A stretch of DNA of 53,465 bases, the filler included, from Sphacelaria rigidula (Eukaryota): the NCBI GenBank assembly GCA_964200075.2. It is 5 parts of 5 records of this genome, joined end to end, with 100 filler letters (N's around TTAATTAATTAA, not from the genome) between each part and the next. Parts side by side here need not be neighbours in the genome. Positions count along the whole stretch, not along the records: positions 42,854 to 53,465 come from CAXNAA020006199.1; 4 more parts are not named here. One strand, 5' to 3'. This document shows positions 50,815 through 53,465 of the stretch, piece after piece. A model generated the notes under the pieces. That model was not told the DNA's origin and made no database searches. It was given only the letters and a program-made list of their open reading frames with translations. Both the position numbers and the translations under genes were made by a program. How positions within the stretch are numbered: the first letter of the stretch is position 1; each line of letters opens with the position of its first letter.

Positions 50815-52249
50815 AGGGCAAGATAAATAGGGTTCAAGTACGACAAACGAAATGTATCGGAAAAAATGCGAAATATCATACGCAACATCGCCAGGAGTGG
50901 GGGGGGGAAGGGTATGTACAATTTTCAGCAACATGGATCATAAGCCCCTTTCGTTCAAAACGCCGGGGGGTGAGGGGTGGGGATGGGGGTCACTACGGGG
51001 TTACAGTATTATTGTTTAGCATGTCATAGTTCTACGGGTTGTGTACTAACGAGAAAGTAAGTGACTGACCTGGGATGTGGGCAGTAAATACCAACTGAAA
51101 ACAAAAAAATGGCTGGTCATGACGCGATAGCCCCCCCCCTCCCCCGCGCAAAAAGACTGTCACGAAGAAAAGGGCCATACAGCGCATGATGACTGGTTAC
51201 AGACTGCATGTAGCACCGCACATGGGCGGCATTGGGCGACCCCAAGATTGGGAGTTCCCAGCTGCTTGGTGTGCTCGTCTTTTATCATTTGATTGACATG
51301 TAGATTTTGCCTCCTCAAACGAGCCTTTTTTTCTGAGGATTAAACGCGGCATCATTCTGGTATAATATCCCCGGCATTGAGCCAGACATAGATATATCGA
51401 TCTTATTGCGATGTAGATCTTGTGTCAACGATTATCGAAATGGCATCATTCGACGTTTGAGGTGCAGAAACGGGAAAGTAACCCGGGAGGAAGAACTGTG
51501 CTCCTCGGACGATTCTTACTGACCCCTGGATACAGGAAACGAACACCGGAGAGCAGCAGCGGTCACTTCGACGGTAATTCAGACACAGCAATTTGAAAAG
51601 TCAGAATGTTACCCAGTTTTTATGGCACAAATACTTGCGATTGACCGCGTTTGCTCGGCCGAACGGCGACAGCCAGGTACGGAGATACTTATAGGATCTC
51701 CGCGTTGCAATAATCAGAAACGGTGTCCAGACTTCTACAGAGCCGCTGCGCTGGAGAATCTTGATGCGCTGCACTAGGGGGATGTGCGTAGACTCCACAA
51801 CACACGAGCGATGCTTTGACAGATTCGATATCACTGCATAGTTGTCGGGGCGGGACCTTAGAAAGGCAGCGGTACCCCAAAAATAGCACCTTACCCCCAA
51901 ACGTAGCACCTTACCCCCAAATTATTTGCGTAGCATCGGGTTTGTTTCAACACCAACTTGCTAAGAAATACCAGACGACGAAAATTGGTTTCTTGGCCGA
52001 TTCGCACGAAGCCGACACCGCAGAATACCCACAAGGCGAAACTTGATCAATAAGCTAGCACAAACGTCTGATCCGGACAGACGTGAGCAGCCCATCGTCA
52101 GCGAGCACGAACAGGGGTAAACCCGGAGATAATTTCGATGAAGCGAGCGCCAGCTTCGCCGACGAGGGATGTAGATTAATATGAATAAAATTAGAGCGAG
52201 TGAAATGTGAAGGGCGAGAAATTACCGCGGTACCAGGGGCTCAGTCCGC

Positions 52250-53435
52250 GAGAGATGTAGACGGTACCTCTCAACTATGGTGAACAATACATAGATAACT
52301 ATCGATCGAACCGTTATCGAGAACATCGTGACACGGCCGAAGGCCGTGTCACGTGGACATCCGCCAACCCTGGATGAAACAGAGGAGGCGTGAGAGCTGC
52401 GGCTAATTGGCAGCATGACGAAACCAGGTGGTCTACTTGCTGAACTCCTCAAGCTTGGAGTGTCCGGGAACCCATCGGAGATTATGTATCACTCTAACAG
52501 CATCACCGTTGCTGTTTGGGCGCCTGGCGAGGTGCTGGATGAGTGGAACGACGCCAATATTGAAGTGTCACACAAGAATACGAATAGTACCGAGCATGGA
52601 AATTATTGGTGAACCTCTTGTGGCGCATGCTCGTAAAGTTCTCCTCAACGTCGTAGCCAACGGGATCAGTAGTTTCTAGGAGTAGGCAGGGATTTCCCGG
52701 CAAAATGGTGCGAATTCCGGCGCAAACAATGGGCCACCGACATGTTGTTCGTAGTACGCAAACTGCAGGAGTTGGGACGGGTAAGCAATATCTCGTCGAA
52801 CATGTACTTCTTTCCCCCGGAGAAGGCGTACGAGTCGGTAGGCCGCGCGCTCCTACGAAAATTTCTTGCTCGTTCCGGGATACCGCCGCGGATTATCAAG
52901 AGCATGGTATGCTCGATGGCGGGCGAGCTCGGATACAGCTGGAAAATGACGAACTATTATAGTGGTTCAACTTCTGCCAGGGACTCAGGCAAGGGTTCAT
53001 TTCGTCCTCGTTGTTCTTCGACACCTTCGGCACGACACCGATCGAATCGACCGTACAGCGTTTTTACAGCAGACCCCTTCATTCTCTCGACACCTACTCG
53101 TACATATCTGGATGATACGCCAGAAAGTGGAGATGAAAACTCAACTGAAGAGACGCCGCAGAAAAAGGTGCGACGCGCGATGTGGGAAATCCTGCACGCG
53201 GACCACGCCGGCATAGCCTCAACATCTCCAGAGGGGCTTGCTAGGATTATGGCAGTCATACCGGTGGTCCGATCGGAGTTCGGACTAACAGCATCGGCGA
53301 ACAAGACAGCCCATGCACCCTATGGTCGGTGCCCAGCTCCCCGGAGACCGTAATGCACATCAAGGCGATAGGCCAACGGTATACGAAGCCGGTCGAGTTT
53401 CTCAACATTGGTATTGCTGTCAGCACAGACAGACG
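52250..53435 (+). pseudogene. Decayed non-LTR (RTE-like LINE) reverse transcriptase fragment
   Basis: Frameshifted RT motifs: LLAELLK, EWNDANI...HK...GNY, DMLFVVRKLQE, EKAYESV, QGLRQG, LHADH (degenerate YADD), FGLT.S..KT. Confidence 0.9.
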
Positions 53436-53440
53436 CACAT

Positions 53441-53465
53441 ATTATTATTATTATTATTATTATTA
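53441..53465. repeat. (ATT)n microsatellite at contig end
   Basis: Directly visible. Confidence 0.9.

Overview
This is eukaryotic, intron- and transposon-rich DNA, probably from a brown alga (inferred from the RTE-type LINE, the SINE-like repeats and the gene architecture). It is not one locus. Five apparently unrelated, length-sorted contigs (10614, 10614, 10613, 10612 and 10612 bp) are joined by artificial 100-bp spacers (44 N + TTAATTAATTAA + 44 N). Host genes: the first coding exon of a probable RecQ helicase (27692-28447, +) and six phase-consistent exons of a large low-complexity protein (35266-41104, -). Mobile DNA: two related, internally deleted Ty3/Gypsy chromodomain LTR elements with paired LTRs and 4-bp TSDs (4225-8554 and 45358-48255); a decayed LINE RT (about 52250-53435); tRNA-derived SINEs; and non-autonomous TIR elements (hAT-, PIF/Harbinger-, piggyBac-, Sola- and Ginger-like, plus foldbacks), several of them nested. 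The most interesting signal is in the two Gypsy elements. Their LTRs are otherwise unalignable, yet they share a hairpin-containing motif at the same LTR position, a short palindrome where a tRNA primer-binding site should be, and a conserved purine-poor 17-mer at the PPT position. This suggests an unusual priming mechanism. Several decayed spliced ORFs of unrecognised family are also present, one with a PHD-like finger. All calls were made by eye, with no database searches.
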